From contig OZ024753.1 in NCBI GenBank assembly GCA_964016885.1, positions 15,748,001-15,812,000 on the forward strand: 64,000 bases of DNA. The letters run 5' to 3'. This DNA comes from Eledone cirrhosa (taxonomy: Eukaryota). The notes under the pieces were generated by a model, which saw only the letters and a list, made by a program, of their open reading frames with translations, was not told where the DNA came from and made no database searches. How positions within the stretch are numbered: position 1 is the first letter of the stretch; each line of letters begins with the position of its first letter. Both the position numbers and the translations under genes were made by a program. Positions 12,403 through 24,949 of the stretch are shown here, one piece after another.

Positions 12403-12940
12403 CATCATTTCATCATCATCATTTCATTTTACGTCCGCTTTTTCCCTGCTTGCAAGAGTGAGACAGGAACTGATGCTGGCTTGATTTCTACAGCTGGATG
12501 CCCTTCCTAACACCAACCTCATTTACAGTGAGTGCTGGGTGCTTTTTTGCCGTGGCACCTCCACGACCACTTTGCAGTGGAATGATATGGACCCCAGTCC
12601 CTATCATCTCATTTCTACAGCTGAGTAAACTGGAGCAATGTGAAATAAGGTGTCTTGCTCAAGGAAACAACACATCACCCGGTCTGAGAATTGAACTCAC
12701 AACCTTTCGATTGCAAAGCCAATGCTCTAACCACTAAGCCATATACACATATACACATATCATCATCGTTTAACGTCCATCTTCCACGCTAGCATAGGTT
12801 AGACGGTTTTATTCCATTTGAGGCGGGAATGGGTGGGAGACCATGCCTCGCTTGCACAGAGGCATCGCTGGCAGGTTTTTTTCAGCTGGATGCCCTTCCT
12901 AACACCAACCACATTTACAGTGTGGACTGGGAGCCTTTTC
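12403..12940 (-). mobile_element. Full SINE-A (12403-12743) plus a partial SINE-A with a third tail type
   Basis: Match to the SINE-A consensus. Confidence 0.85.
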
Positions 12941-12993
12941 AGGTATATATATTTGGCTCCCTCGGTTGAGAACTCTATTGACTTATATTCATC

Positions 12994-14235
12994 ATGCAGA
13001 AACAACACCTGAATATTTCTACAAAGAACATACCCGTACCTAGCAGGAAGACATACCTAAAACTTCTGATATAGAAAACGGATTCGTTCCTTGAAAGATC
13101 GCGTTGGAGTGCCTTTTATTTCGATAACCAGCAAAAAGCAGACAATAAACAGGATAAATTTGGGTTTAAAACTTATAATAACCCTCCGAGTAACCCAGCA
13201 TTGCTACCCTTCGAAAACAATGTCTTGGAACTCATATGGAGTATCAAATTTTGGAATAGAAGCAATTCCTTCCAGCAGGATCTGAAGAATAGAATTTGTT
13301 CTATTAAGGATTCTAATGCCGTGCACATCCACTCCGACAAAACTGGCAATCTATATCAAGTGGAGCATAGTACTTACCATCAACTGCTACATAATGCTAT
13401 AAATAAGGATTACTGGAAAACCAATCAGAGTGTCATTTATAACATCAAAGATGTTGGGTTTAAAATCACTACTGAACTCAACATCCAGGACCGGACTGAA
13501 CCTCTGGACCCTATCTCTCCCCACTTTACCCTGAAGGATCACAAACCCAATTTCGCCAACAGGCCCTCTATTCGGCTAATTAACCTTACAAACTCTGATT
13601 TAGGTAGACTTAGTAAAAGGATTTTAGAGAGAATTATACCTGAAATTAGAAGCTTGGCCCCTCTTGCACTGTGGAATAATTCTTTCGCGGTGATTGATTG
13701 GTTCAATGGCATATGCAACAAGGAACATTGCCATTTTATCCAATTTGACACCAATAACTACTACTCCTCCATCACTTTACCAATTCTTCTTAGAGCTATC
13801 AATTTCGCTAAAACACTCACAGTGGTTAAGGATATCGAAGTTGATGTCATCCTCAATGCCCGTAAGTCGGTGATTAATTTCGATGACTCTATTTGGATAA
13901 AAAGGTCTATAGTACCCCCATTCGACATGAGTATGGGCGCCAGTGATTCATGGAGGCTACAGATCTTATTGGCCTTTTCCTTCTTTTCTATATCAAGGAA
14001 GAATTCCTCAATGTAGGCGGTGGTTTGTACCGCGATGACGGTCTTTTGACCATGACAAAGTGCAGTCCATGTGTTTGCGACAGGTTCAGAAAAGAACTCA
14101 CAGCCTTCTTTAAAGGCTTCAACCTTTCCATACAGGTTGACGCCAATCTCTCGGTCGTTAATTACATCGACGTTACCCTCAATTTGTCGAATAGCTTGCA
14201 CTACCCGTATAGAAAGCCGAATGATACGCTTAATT
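12994..14235 (+). pseudogene. Penelope-like element reverse transcriptase, 5'-intact, 3'-truncated
   Basis: From ATG 12994: STKNIPVP..*..RSRWSAFYF..FGFK, DKTGNLY, TLKDHKPNF, RLINLTNSDLGRLSK, FIQFD..NYYSSI, FDMSMG, YRDDGL, NYIDVTLNL; one in-frame TAG and a frameshift near 13950. Confidence 0.85.
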
Positions 14236-14485
14236 GCCACGGCAATAAAAGCACCCAGCCCACACTGTAAAGTGGATGTGTAGGCGCCACAGAAAAAAAG
14301 CACCCAGCACTCACTGTAAATGAGCTTGGGGTAAGGAAGGGGATCCATCTGTAGAAATCAAGCCAGAATTAGTTCCCGTATGAGCAAGACAAGGTCAGCA
14401 GACTGGACATTGCCCACAACAGGACAACCCGTCTAACCCATGCTAGCATGGAAGAACGGACATAAAACGGTGATGATGATGATGA

Positions 14486-14489
<4 letters not shown>
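14236..14489 (+). mobile_element. SINE-A 3' half
   Basis: Internal units plus cccatgctagcatggaagaacggac tail and (GAT)n. Confidence 0.85.
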
Positions 14490-14526
<37 letters not shown>

Positions 14527-14561
14527 TGTTAAGGTTAGGCATGAGTCTACATTTTAAAACA

Positions 14562-14647
14562 TATCTGAGGAGCTTCCGACTCCAGAGTCAGGTTCGATCA
14601 TTAATAGATTGTTCCTTGAGCTGATTGTCAGTGAAACATATGTAATA
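14562..14647 (+). ncRNA. Hammerhead motif with enlarged stem II
   Basis: tat-CTGAGGA-gct[55 nt]agt-GAAA-catatg-TA-ata; stem III ACATATGT is a perfect palindrome. Confidence 0.6.
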
Positions 14648-14729
14648 CATAATTAAGTATGTATATGATGCAACACTGATTCTTTGTTCCCTTATATATT
14701 AGTACTATATATCTAAAAGTCTAGTCTGT

Positions 14730-15337
14730 CTTAAGCCAGTGCTTATCCCGGCTTTATGGCATGAAGTTACTGAGAGTACAAGACTCGCCCCTGGACAGGA
14801 CGCCAGTCCATCGCAGAGTTAAAACCCCTGCTATTACTGGTACTCATTTTCAGTTGAGTATACTGGAGCAACATGAAATGAAGTGCTTTGCTCAAGAACA
14901 CAACACGCAACCCAGGAATCGAACCCACAACATTATGATTGTAAGTCCAGCACCCTTACCTCCAGGTCACGTGCCTCCACAATACTATATACATGTATCA
15001 TCATCATCATCATCATTTTACGTCTGCTTTTCCCTGCTTGCAAGGGTGGGACGGGAACTGATTCTGGCTTGATTTCTACAGCTGGATGCCCTTCCTAACA
15101 CCAACCTCATTTACAGTGAGTGCTGGGTGCTTTATTGTCGTGGCACCTCCACGGCCACTTTGCAGTGGAATGATAGGGACTGGGGTCCCTATCATCTCAT
15201 TTCTACAGCTGAGTAAACTGGAGCAATGTGAAATAAAGTGTCTTGCTCAAGGAAACAACACACCACCCGGTCTGAGAATTGAACTCACAACCTTTCGATT
15301 GCAAGCCCAATGCTCTAACCACTAATCCATGTGCCCC
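14730..15337 (-). mobile_element. Related tRNA-SINE (14730-14975) and full SINE-A (14998-15337)
   Basis: B-box ggttcgattcc and gagttcaattc, shared cttgagcaa...tgctccagt body. Confidence 0.85.
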
Positions 15338-15556
15338 CGTATATATATATATAAATAGAGAGAGATGTAAAATTGCAAATGCGACTCTAAGCGGTTCATC
15401 TTGTGTGTTCAGTCAGGAAGCCTTTTCTTATATATATATATATGTAGAGAGTGAGAGAGAGAGAGGGAGGGAGGGAGGGAGGGAGGGAGGGAGAGAGAGA
15501 GAGAGAGAAAGAGAGGGAGGGAGAGAGAGAAAGAGAGGGAGGGAGGGAGAGAGGGG

Positions 15557-15594
<38 letters not shown>

Positions 15595-16004
15595 TGGAGA
15601 TAGAGATAAATTAATAGATAGCTAGCTATCTAGCTAGATTGATATATAGATATCTTCTTTATTGATAATTTCACTTGCTATTGTAAGTTTAGAATGAGGT
15701 TTTGTTATTTGATATTGATGACAGGAAGAAAATGTTGATATTCATATCTGTTTTATTTTTTTCCTGGTGTTTCCTGATATCATCTTTATAACACACGATT
15801 CCTGTTGTCATTGGAGATTTTATCAATTTAGTTTTCAAAACAACCTCAAATTGGAGTTGAAAATAATGAAGTGACTGAATAAGCAGTACAACTAACTCCT
15901 CTATACATCTTCCCAGAAAGTGTGTGTTGTAATTGTTATTGTCACTAGTACAAAACCCATTCTAATAATAAGTAATATTGGCTTTCTGTCAATTAATAAT
16001 AATA

Positions 16005-16197
16005 ATAATAATTGTTTCTACATTTGGCACAAGGCCATCAATTACCCAGTACATTACTGGTACTTCATTTTATCGTCCCCGTAAGGATGAAAGGCAAAGT
16101 CAACCTCGGCGGGATTTGAACTCAGATCGTAAAGGGACGTAACTATGCTGGAAAGCATGGGGTCCGACCCTCTACTGATACTGCCAATCCACCGCCC

Positions 16198-16233
<36 letters not shown>

Positions 16234-16710
16234 CCCTTAATAATAATAATAATAATACTAATAATGCTTTCTTTATTAACCACAAGGGTTTACACAAAGT
16301 AAGACATTAAGGACAATACAAATGGGCATTTGTGTGTGTAAAAAAAACCCCCAAAAAACAGAGGATGTAACAAAAAAAGAACAATGAAAAATTCCCCAAA
16401 AGGTGGGAGACTTCCGAGGGCCATCGTGGAGAAAGCCCATTAAAAAAAGCCATGGTGACCAGGCCCTCTCCCAGTTTTCCACCTTCAATTTACAGGCACA
16501 TACTCAGAGTAGGCCCATTCACTCGAATAATAATTGTTTCTACTTTTAGGCACAAGGCCAGCAATTACCCAGTGCATTACTGGTACTTTATTTTATCGAC
16601 CCCGTAAGGATGAAAGGCAAAGTCAACCTCGGCGGGATTTGAACTCAGATCGTAAAGGGACGTAACTATGCTGGAAAGCATGGCGTCCGACCCTCTACCG
16701 ATACTGCCAT
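16005..16710 (-). mobile_element. Two SINE-B copies (16005-16200, 16528-16710)
   Basis: Match to the SINE-B consensus. Confidence 0.88.
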
Positions 16711-16772
16711 CTTGAATAATAATAATAGTAATAAATGAAAGATATACGTTTTATATCATCTCTATTTATTTC

Positions 16773-16843
16773 ATTATATATATTTCAAAAGATGTAAAGT
16801 TTTATGTATAACATAAATCAAAACATGTCCTCCTCAGATAAAA
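16773..16843 (-). ncRNA. Hammerhead motif
   Basis: ttta-t-CTGAGGA-ggacatgt...ttatgt tat acataa...acatctttt-GAAA-tata-TA-taa; decayed relative at ~12220-12310. Confidence 0.55.
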
Positions 16844-17666
16844 TACATAGAAAATGTATAATTTTTTTCATGATATGCTGGTAGACAAACAAACTGAACA
16901 GATCGATGACCACCAGGCATATGACTAGAAAAACCTTAACACATAAGGGGGTTACGTGATTATATATGAGTCAATTGCTACAAGGGTAAAGGAGATGCAC
17001 TAGATAGAGGTATGGACAAGGTGTTGAAAGTAACAGAAAGAGCCATAGCACAATTGATTAGGGACAGCTTCCCTCCTAGTCTCTATGTAATGTACCCTAC
17101 TTTGCCTGTTCTTCCATTGTTTCTAAGCCTGTCTCTTGGCCTTAATTGCCTCATCTACTTTATTGTTTCACCACCAAATCACTCTTCTTCTCCCTGTAGT
17201 CTTGCTCCAACCATAGATCTCGTCTGTCACCTTTAGTAAGTTATTTTTTAGGAACTCTCAGTGTCTCTATCTGTCCTTCTTTACTGTAATAAGTGTCAAG
17301 TAAAATATATCTGTTACTGGCTGATGGGTCTTTCAGCTTCCAGATCTTTCTTCTCTAGGTTGCCTTCTGTTTCAAAGTTGTTGTGTAAAAGGCATGGTAA
17401 AAAGCACCCGGCACACACTGTAAATGTGGTTGGTGCTAGGAAGGGCATCCAACCATAGAAAACCAGCCAGAAACAGTCCTATATGAGCGAGACACAGTCA
17501 GCCGACCTTACTTGCCTCTAAATGGAATAAACCCGTCTAACCCGTGCTAGCATGGAAGATGGATGTTAAACCATGATGATGATGAGATATATATATAACC
17601 AATATCTGCCAATACTGGAATTGAAATATGAAGACCATAGCGGTATGTCATATATCAAATCATATA

Positions 17667-17726
17667 TTTTATCTGACGACGACGTACTGAAAAAACAACA
17701 CAGTACCTTCGAAATATATATATAAT
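17667..17726 (+). ncRNA. Hammerhead motif
   Basis: ttta-t-CTGACGA-cgac gtactg [loop] cagtac cttc-GAAA-tata-TA. Confidence 0.55.
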
Positions 17727-17774
17727 AAAGCATATATTTTGATTATGTGAATATCTTCATTTGTTAATATTTTG

Positions 17775-17829
<55 letters not shown>

Positions 17830-18067
17830 TATTATATTTAGAGTTATAAACTGAATCAGTCCTTTACAATTAATTAGCTCAAAGAAAGAAGCATTTCTGA
17901 GCCATGAAATACAAGTTAATATAAATTAATATATGATAAACCCATATTGCCAATATGGGTTTGTTTTTATTGATTTATTATTTTAATTAGTATATTTCAT
18001 TCTAGCTAACTTGGTCATTTACAATACAAACACTTATGTGTTTATCATATATTAATTTATATTAACT

Positions 18068-18112
<45 letters not shown>

Positions 18113-18116
18113 CAAT

Positions 18117-18523
18117 ATGTAAGTACGCATGTATGTATACGTACATACATATATGTATACAGACGTACAGTAGTATGTATATATATACATACATGCACAC
18201 ATATATATATGCACGTATCGGTTTACCGAACATGTATTATAATGCTCGGTTTGTTTGTTTGTAAACTAGTTGTTTGTAAACTAGCTTGAAACTAGTACAT
18301 CGTTCCTGTGTCAGTGTTGAACAAAAAGGTGACGTGGTTGCCTAAACACTGTACGGCGTAATTCGGGCTGTTTGTTTGTTTACAAACAAACAAACCGAGC
18401 ATTATAATAAATGTTCGGTAAACCGATACATGCATATATATATGTGGGCATCTATGTATATATATACATACTACTGTACGTCTGTATACATATATGCATG
18501 TACGTATACATACATACTTACAT
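18117..18523. mobile_element. Fold-back element with ~150-bp inverted arms
   Basis: ~18117-18267 is the reverse complement of ~18377-18523; loop holds GAAA-ctag-TA. Confidence 0.85.
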
Positions 18524-19390
18524 TTAAGTAAGTGCCGTACTAAGAGTGAGAAATGAAATTTCGTTTCATTCTATTCCATTAATTCAATATGGATGCAGTA
18601 AAATCCTGTTCAGACCATTACTCAACAGAGTGCTTGATATTTGGGGTAGTATGTTATCTATCTCTAATACTTAAACATGTCATTGAATGTTTTTTATCAG
18701 GGTCGAAGGGTCCGTGCATGCAACGCATGCAGTGCATGCGTTATAGAATCTTGAGTTGATCAAGTGCATCGGTTGAAGCAAGCAGAATTTTGGCTGCTTA
18801 CTAAAACGTATAGAACGTGTACGTGCCACAGAAAAAGCACCCAGCACTCACTGTAAATGAGGTTGGTGTTAGGAAGGGCATCCAGCTGTAGAAATCAAGC
18901 CAAAATCATTTCCTGTATGAGCAAGGCATGGTCAGCCGACCAGACACTGCCCACAACAGGACAACCCGTCTAACCCATGCTAGCATGGAAGAACGGACGT
19001 AAAACGGTGATGATGATGATGATGATGATGATAGAACAAAAAAAGATAACACACACATACACACACAAACACACGACAGCTTTGGGGCAAGCAGAATGTT
19101 GACTGCTTACTAAATCGTAGACACATAAAAAGATAACACACACACACGCACATTAGATAACACTACATGCAGCTTTGGCAGGGAGGGTCATTTAGAGGGA
19201 ATGAGGTGGGGTGGGTGTGTAGGCTGCACAGCCCCACTTTCTGCCATGGCGATTGAACTGCATGCCCTGCTTTCCAGGTTACACTTCGCCACTGGTTTTT
19301 ATATATATATATTTGTATATATATATATATATATAAATTAATAAAAATAATGAATAAAAACAAAGAAACTGTTCCTTATATTAAAAAATT

Positions 19391-19526
19391 CATCATTTTA
19401 CGATCGTTTCTAGGATATATATGTATGTGTTGGTATGTATATCATATAGATCTATGTAAAAATTTTACAAACTATCAGAGAGAATATACATAGCTACACA
19501 TATATATGCTGTCTTCAGAAATAATG
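19391..19526 (-). ncRNA. Hammerhead motif with 8-bp stem I and ~100-nt stem II domain
   Basis: cattattt-CTGAAGA-cagcatatatatgt...acatatatatccta-GAAA-cgatcg-TA-aaatgatg. Confidence 0.7.
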
Positions 19527-19540
19527 TAGATTTATCTATC

Positions 19541-19579
<39 letters not shown>

Positions 19580-20098
19580 TGAGTGAGAGAGCGAGAGTGA
19601 GAGAGAGAAATAGTCAATACCGTTAACAGATGATGTTTATTTCTATATTGAATGAAGGAAAACATTTGAGGTAATTTAGATCATTTGCATGTTTTAGAAT
19701 ACTTGTTGACAGATCTTTATGTTTGTGTCTGACAGAGATGCAAATAGACTGTGCAGTTATGATATACTTTGCTGATTTGCTATGAACCGCCATAGTTGTT
19801 ATGACATGTAGAGGAATCTAGCTATAAATTAAACGCACCATTGGTTATTAATAAGAGGTTATTAAGCTAAGTGGTGTGTGGTTTATTTATTGTGTAATGT
19901 CAACATATCTCATGCTTTACGAGCACCAAGTCAGATATAGTCAATGTTGTTGTTGATGTTGTTGTTGCTGTATTTTCAGTCAGGCATGATTGCACAGAAT
20001 TATCGGAGGAAGGAAGTTGAAGGGAAAAGTCGTGTTTTTTCCTGGTTGAGAGAAAGTGATACATGTTACATACATATACTATGTTTTATGAGACAGCA

Positions 20099-23000
20099 TG
20101 TACTGTAGTAGACTTGGTACATCATGTCAGTTTCAGGATGTACTGTGGTAGGCTTGGTACATCATATCACTTTCAGGATATAGTGTGGTAGACTTGGTAC
20201 GTCATGTCACTTTCAGGATGAACTGTGGTAGACTTGGTACATCATGTCACTTTCAGGATGTACTGTGGTAGACTTGGTACATCATGTCATGTTCAGGATG
20301 TAGTGTGGTAGACTTGGTACATCATATCACTTTCAGGATGTACTGTGGTAGACTTGGTACATCATGTCATGTTCAGGATGTAGTGTGGTAGACTTGGTAC
20401 ATCATATCACTTTCAGGATGTACTGTGGTAGACTTGGTACGTCATGTCACTTTTAGGATGTACTGTGGTAGACTTGGTATGTCATGTCACTTTCAGAATG
20501 TACTGTGGTAGTCTTGGTACGTCAAGTCACTTTCAGGATGTACTGTGGTAGACTTGGTACGTCATGTCACATTCAGGATGTACTGTGGTAGACTTGGTAC
20601 ATCATGTCACTTCCAGGATGAACTGTGGTAGACTTGGTACATTATGTCACATTCAGAATGTACTGTGGTAGACTTGGTACATCATGTCACTTTCAGGATG
20701 TACTGTGGTAGACTTGGTACATCATGTCATGTTCAGGATGTACGGTAGTAGACTTGCTACATCATGTCACTTTCAGGATGTACTGTGGTAGGCTTGGTAC
20801 ATCATGTCACTTTCAGGATGTACTGTGGTAGGCTTGGTACATCATATCACTTTCAGGATGTACGGTGGTAGACTTGGTACATCATGTCATGTTCAGGATG
20901 TACTGTGGTAGACTTGGTACGTCATGTCACTTTCAGGATGTACAGTGGTAGACTTGGTACATCATGTCACTTTCAGGATGTACTGTGGTAGACTTGGTAC
21001 GTCATGTCACTTTCAGGATGTACTGTGGTAGACTTGGTACATCATGTCATGTTCAGGATGTACTGTGGTAGACTTGGTACATCATGTCATGTTCAGGATG
21101 TAGTGTGGTAGACTTGGTACATCATATCACTTTCAGGATGTACTGTGGTAGACTTGGTACATCATGTCAGTTTCAGGAGGTACTGTGGTAGGCTTGGTAC
21201 ATCATATCACTTTCAGGATGTACTGTGGTAGGCTTGGTACATCATGTCGCATTCAGGATGTAGTGTGGTAGACTTGGTACATCATGTCACTTTCAGGATG
21301 TAGTGTGGTAGACTTGGTACATCATGTCATGTTCAGGATTTACTGTGGTAGACTTGGTACATCATGTCATGTTCAGGATGTACTGTGGTAGACTTGGTAC
21401 ATCATGTCGCATTCAGGATGTAGTGTGGTAGACTTGGTACATCATGTCACTTTCAGGATGTAGTGTGGTAGACTTGGTACATCATGTCATGTTCAGGATG
21501 TACTGTTGTAGACTTGGTACGTCATGTCACTTTCAGGATGTACTGTGGTAGACTTGGTACATCATGTCATGTTCAGGATGTACTGTGGTAGACTTGGTAC
21601 GTCATATCACTTTCAGGATGTACTGTGGTAGACTTGGTGCATCATGTCACTTTCAGGATGTACTGTGGTAGACTTGGTACATCATGTCAGGTTCAGGATG
21701 TACTGTGGTAGACTTGGTACATCATGTCAGGTTCAGGATGTACCGTGGTAGACTTGGTACGTCATGTCACTTTCAGGATGTAGTGTGGTAGACTTGGTAC
21801 ATCACGTCACATTCAGGATGTACTGTGGTAGACTTGGTACATCATGTCACTTTCAGGATGTACGGTGGTAGACTTGGTACATCATGTCACTTTCAGGATG
21901 TACGGTGGTAGACTTGGTACGTCATGTCACTTTCAGGATGTACGGTGGTAGACTTGGTACATCATGTCACTTTCAGGATGTACTGTGGTAGACTTTGTAC
22001 ATCATGTCAGGTTCAGGATGTACTGTGGTAGACTTGGTACATCATGTCATGTTCAGGATGTACTGTGGTAGACTTGGTACATCATGTCAGGTTCAGGATG
22101 TACTGTGGTAGACTTGGTACGTCATGTCACTTTCAGGATGTACGGTGGTAGACTTGGTACATCATGTCACTTTCAGGATGTACTGTGGTAGACTTGGTAC
22201 ATCATGTCAGGTTCAGGATGTACTGTGGTAGACTTGGTACATCATATCACTTTCAGGATGTACTGTGGTAGACTTTGTACATCATGTCAGGTTCAGGATG
22301 TACTGTGGTAGACTTGGTACATCATGTCATGTTCAGGATGTACTGTGGTAGACTTGGTACATCATGTCATGTTCAGGATGTAGTGTGGTAGACTTGGTAC
22401 ATCATGTCAGGTTCAGGATGTACTGTGGTAGACTTGGTACGTCATGTCACTTTCAGGATGTAGTGTGGTAGACTTTGTACATCATGTCAGGTTCAGGATG
22501 TAGTGTGGTAGACTTGGTACATCATGTCAGGTTCAGGATGTACTGTGGTAGACTTGGTACATCATGTCATGTTCAGGATGTAGTGTGGTAGACTTGGTAC
22601 ATCATGTCAGGTTCAGGATGTACTGTGGTAGACTTGGTACGTCATGTCACTTTCAGGATGTACTGTGGTAGACTTTGTACATCATGTCAGGTTCAGGATG
22701 TACTGTGGTAGACTTTGTACATCATGTCAGGTTCAGGATGTACTGTGGTAGACTTGGTACATCATGTCATGTTCAGGATGTAGTGTGGTAGACTTGGTAC
22801 ATCATGTCAGGTTCAGGATGTACTGTGGTAGACTTGGTACGTCATGTCACTTTCAGGATGTACGGTGGTAGACTTGGTACATCATGTCACTTTCAGGATG
22901 TACTGTGGTAGACTTGGTACATCATGTCAGGTTCAGGATGTACTGTGGTAGACTTGGTACGTCATGTCACTTTCAGGATGTACTGTGGTAGACTTGGTAT

Positions 23001-23893
23001 GTTATGTCACTTTCAGGATGTACTGTGGTAGGCTTGGTATGTTATGTCACTTTCAGGATGTAGTGTGGTAGACTTGGTACGTCATGTCACTTTCAGGATG
23101 TAGTGTGGTAGACTTGGTACATCATGTCACATTCAGGATGTAGTGTGGTAGACTTGGTATGTCATGTCACTTTCAGGATGTACTGTGGTAGACTTGGTAC
23201 ATCATGTCACATTCAGGATGTACTGTGGTAGACTTGGTACATCATGTCACTTTCAGGATGTAGTGTGGTAGACTTGGTACATCATATCACTTTCAGGATG
23301 TAGTGTGGTAGACTTGGTACATCATGCCACATTCAGGATGTAGTGTCGTAGACTTGGTACATCATGTCATGTTCAGGATGTACTGTGGTAGACTTGGTAC
23401 ATCATGTTACATTCAGGATGTACTGTGGTTGACTTGGTACATCATGTCACTTTCAGGATGTACTGTGGTTGACTTGGTACATCATGTCACTTTCAGGATG
23501 TACTGTGGTAGACTTGGTACATCATGTCACTTTCAGGATGTAGTGTGGTAGACTTGGTACATCATGTCACTTTCAGGATGTAGTGTGGTAGACTTGGTAC
23601 ATCATGTCACATTCAGGATGTAGTGTGGTAGACTTGGTACATCATGTCATGTTCAGGATGTACTGTGGTAGACTTGGTACATCATGTTAGATTCAGGATG
23701 TACTGTGGTAGACTTGGTACATCATGTCACTTTCAGGATGTACGGTGGTAGACTTGGTACATCATGTCAGGTTCAGGATGTACTGTGGTAGACTTGGTAC
23801 ATCATGTCATGTTCAGGATGTACTGTGGTAGACTTGGTACATCATGTCACTTTCAGGATGTACTGTGGTAGACTTGGTACGTCATGTCACTTT
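20099..23893. repeat. 40-bp minisatellite, ~95 copies
   Basis: Unit tactgtggtagacttggtacatcatgtcactttcaggatg. Confidence 0.97.
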
Positions 23894-24555
23894 CTTTCAT
23901 GTTCAACACTATTCCTGCTTCTTTGTAGCTTTTTTTATTTTAGCCCATGGTCAAATACATTCCAGCCCTGATTATTTCTTTTTTTTTTTAGTTATTTAGT
24001 TATTTCTTCAATGGTATGCAAACCTACACTGTCTAATGTGTCCTTAATGCTTTTAAAGTAGAGTTCTTAGGTAGATGTGGCTTCTATTTCTAGCATCTAT
24101 AGCCAGCAGGTCAGACTTCTGTCTGCGACTGGTACCATGTAACCCAGTACATACTGCCTCATGGTCAATAGCAGGCCAGGTCAGGCTTCTGTCTGCTACT
24201 GGTACCATGTAACCCAGTACATTCTGCCTCATGGTCAATATCAGGCCAGGTCAGGCTTCTGCCAGCTACTGAGTAACTCTCTCATTAGTTTGTATGCCCG
24301 TACGGTACAGTGGTGTTCACATTGGTATATGAGAGTTGTCGTAACAGTCAAAACCTGAAGTGGAGATATGTTATGTGTGAAAAAACATGGGTTGGTTGAT
24401 CTTAAAAAGTAATGAAAGTTATGTCAAAGACATGGCATCCCCCCTTCATTAAGGCTCAGCAATAGACTGCAGCGTAGACTTAGATACAGAACTATTTATG
24501 TGCACAGACACACATACTCCTATATAATATATATATATATACATTTATATATATA

Positions 24556-24813
24556 TGCGAGAGAGGCGTCTGATGTGGTATGGACATGTGATGTGCATGG
24601 AGGATGACTGCTGGGTAAAGAAATGCCAAGAAATCCCAGTAGAGGGAAGATGCAGTAGGGGTAGACCACGAAAAACATGGGCGGAGGTGGTGAGAACAGA
24701 CCTCAGATCACTGAAACTCACTGAGGAGATGATGAAGGACCGTGACAAGGGGAGAGATGCTGTGCTGAATAAGACTCGTCCCACCCTTGCAGGCAGGGAA
24801 AAGTGGACGTAAA

Positions 24814-24856
<43 letters not shown>
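24556..24856 (+). mobile_element. RTE-like LINE 3' end (same family as 5295-5851)
   Basis: RERRLMWYGHVM...GRPRKTWAEVV, tail and (ATG)n. Confidence 0.9.
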
Positions 24857-24857
<1 letters not shown>

Positions 24858-24949
24858 ATATGTGTGTGTGTGTGTTAGGTAATTCCGAAGAAAAAGGAAA
24901 GGAAAAAAGAGTGCTCTATGTGTGGAACAGAGCTATTTAATTAGAGAGC

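Noticed and set aside
19975-20100. Possible host exon after ttttcag (MIAQNYRRKEVEGKSRV...)
   Set aside because: Short, no recognisable domain, no partner exons; cannot be supported without RNA-seq
20099-23893. CRISPR-like appearance of regular 22-48-bp repeats
   Set aside because: Units are head-to-tail with no unique spacers, no cas genes, eukaryotic context
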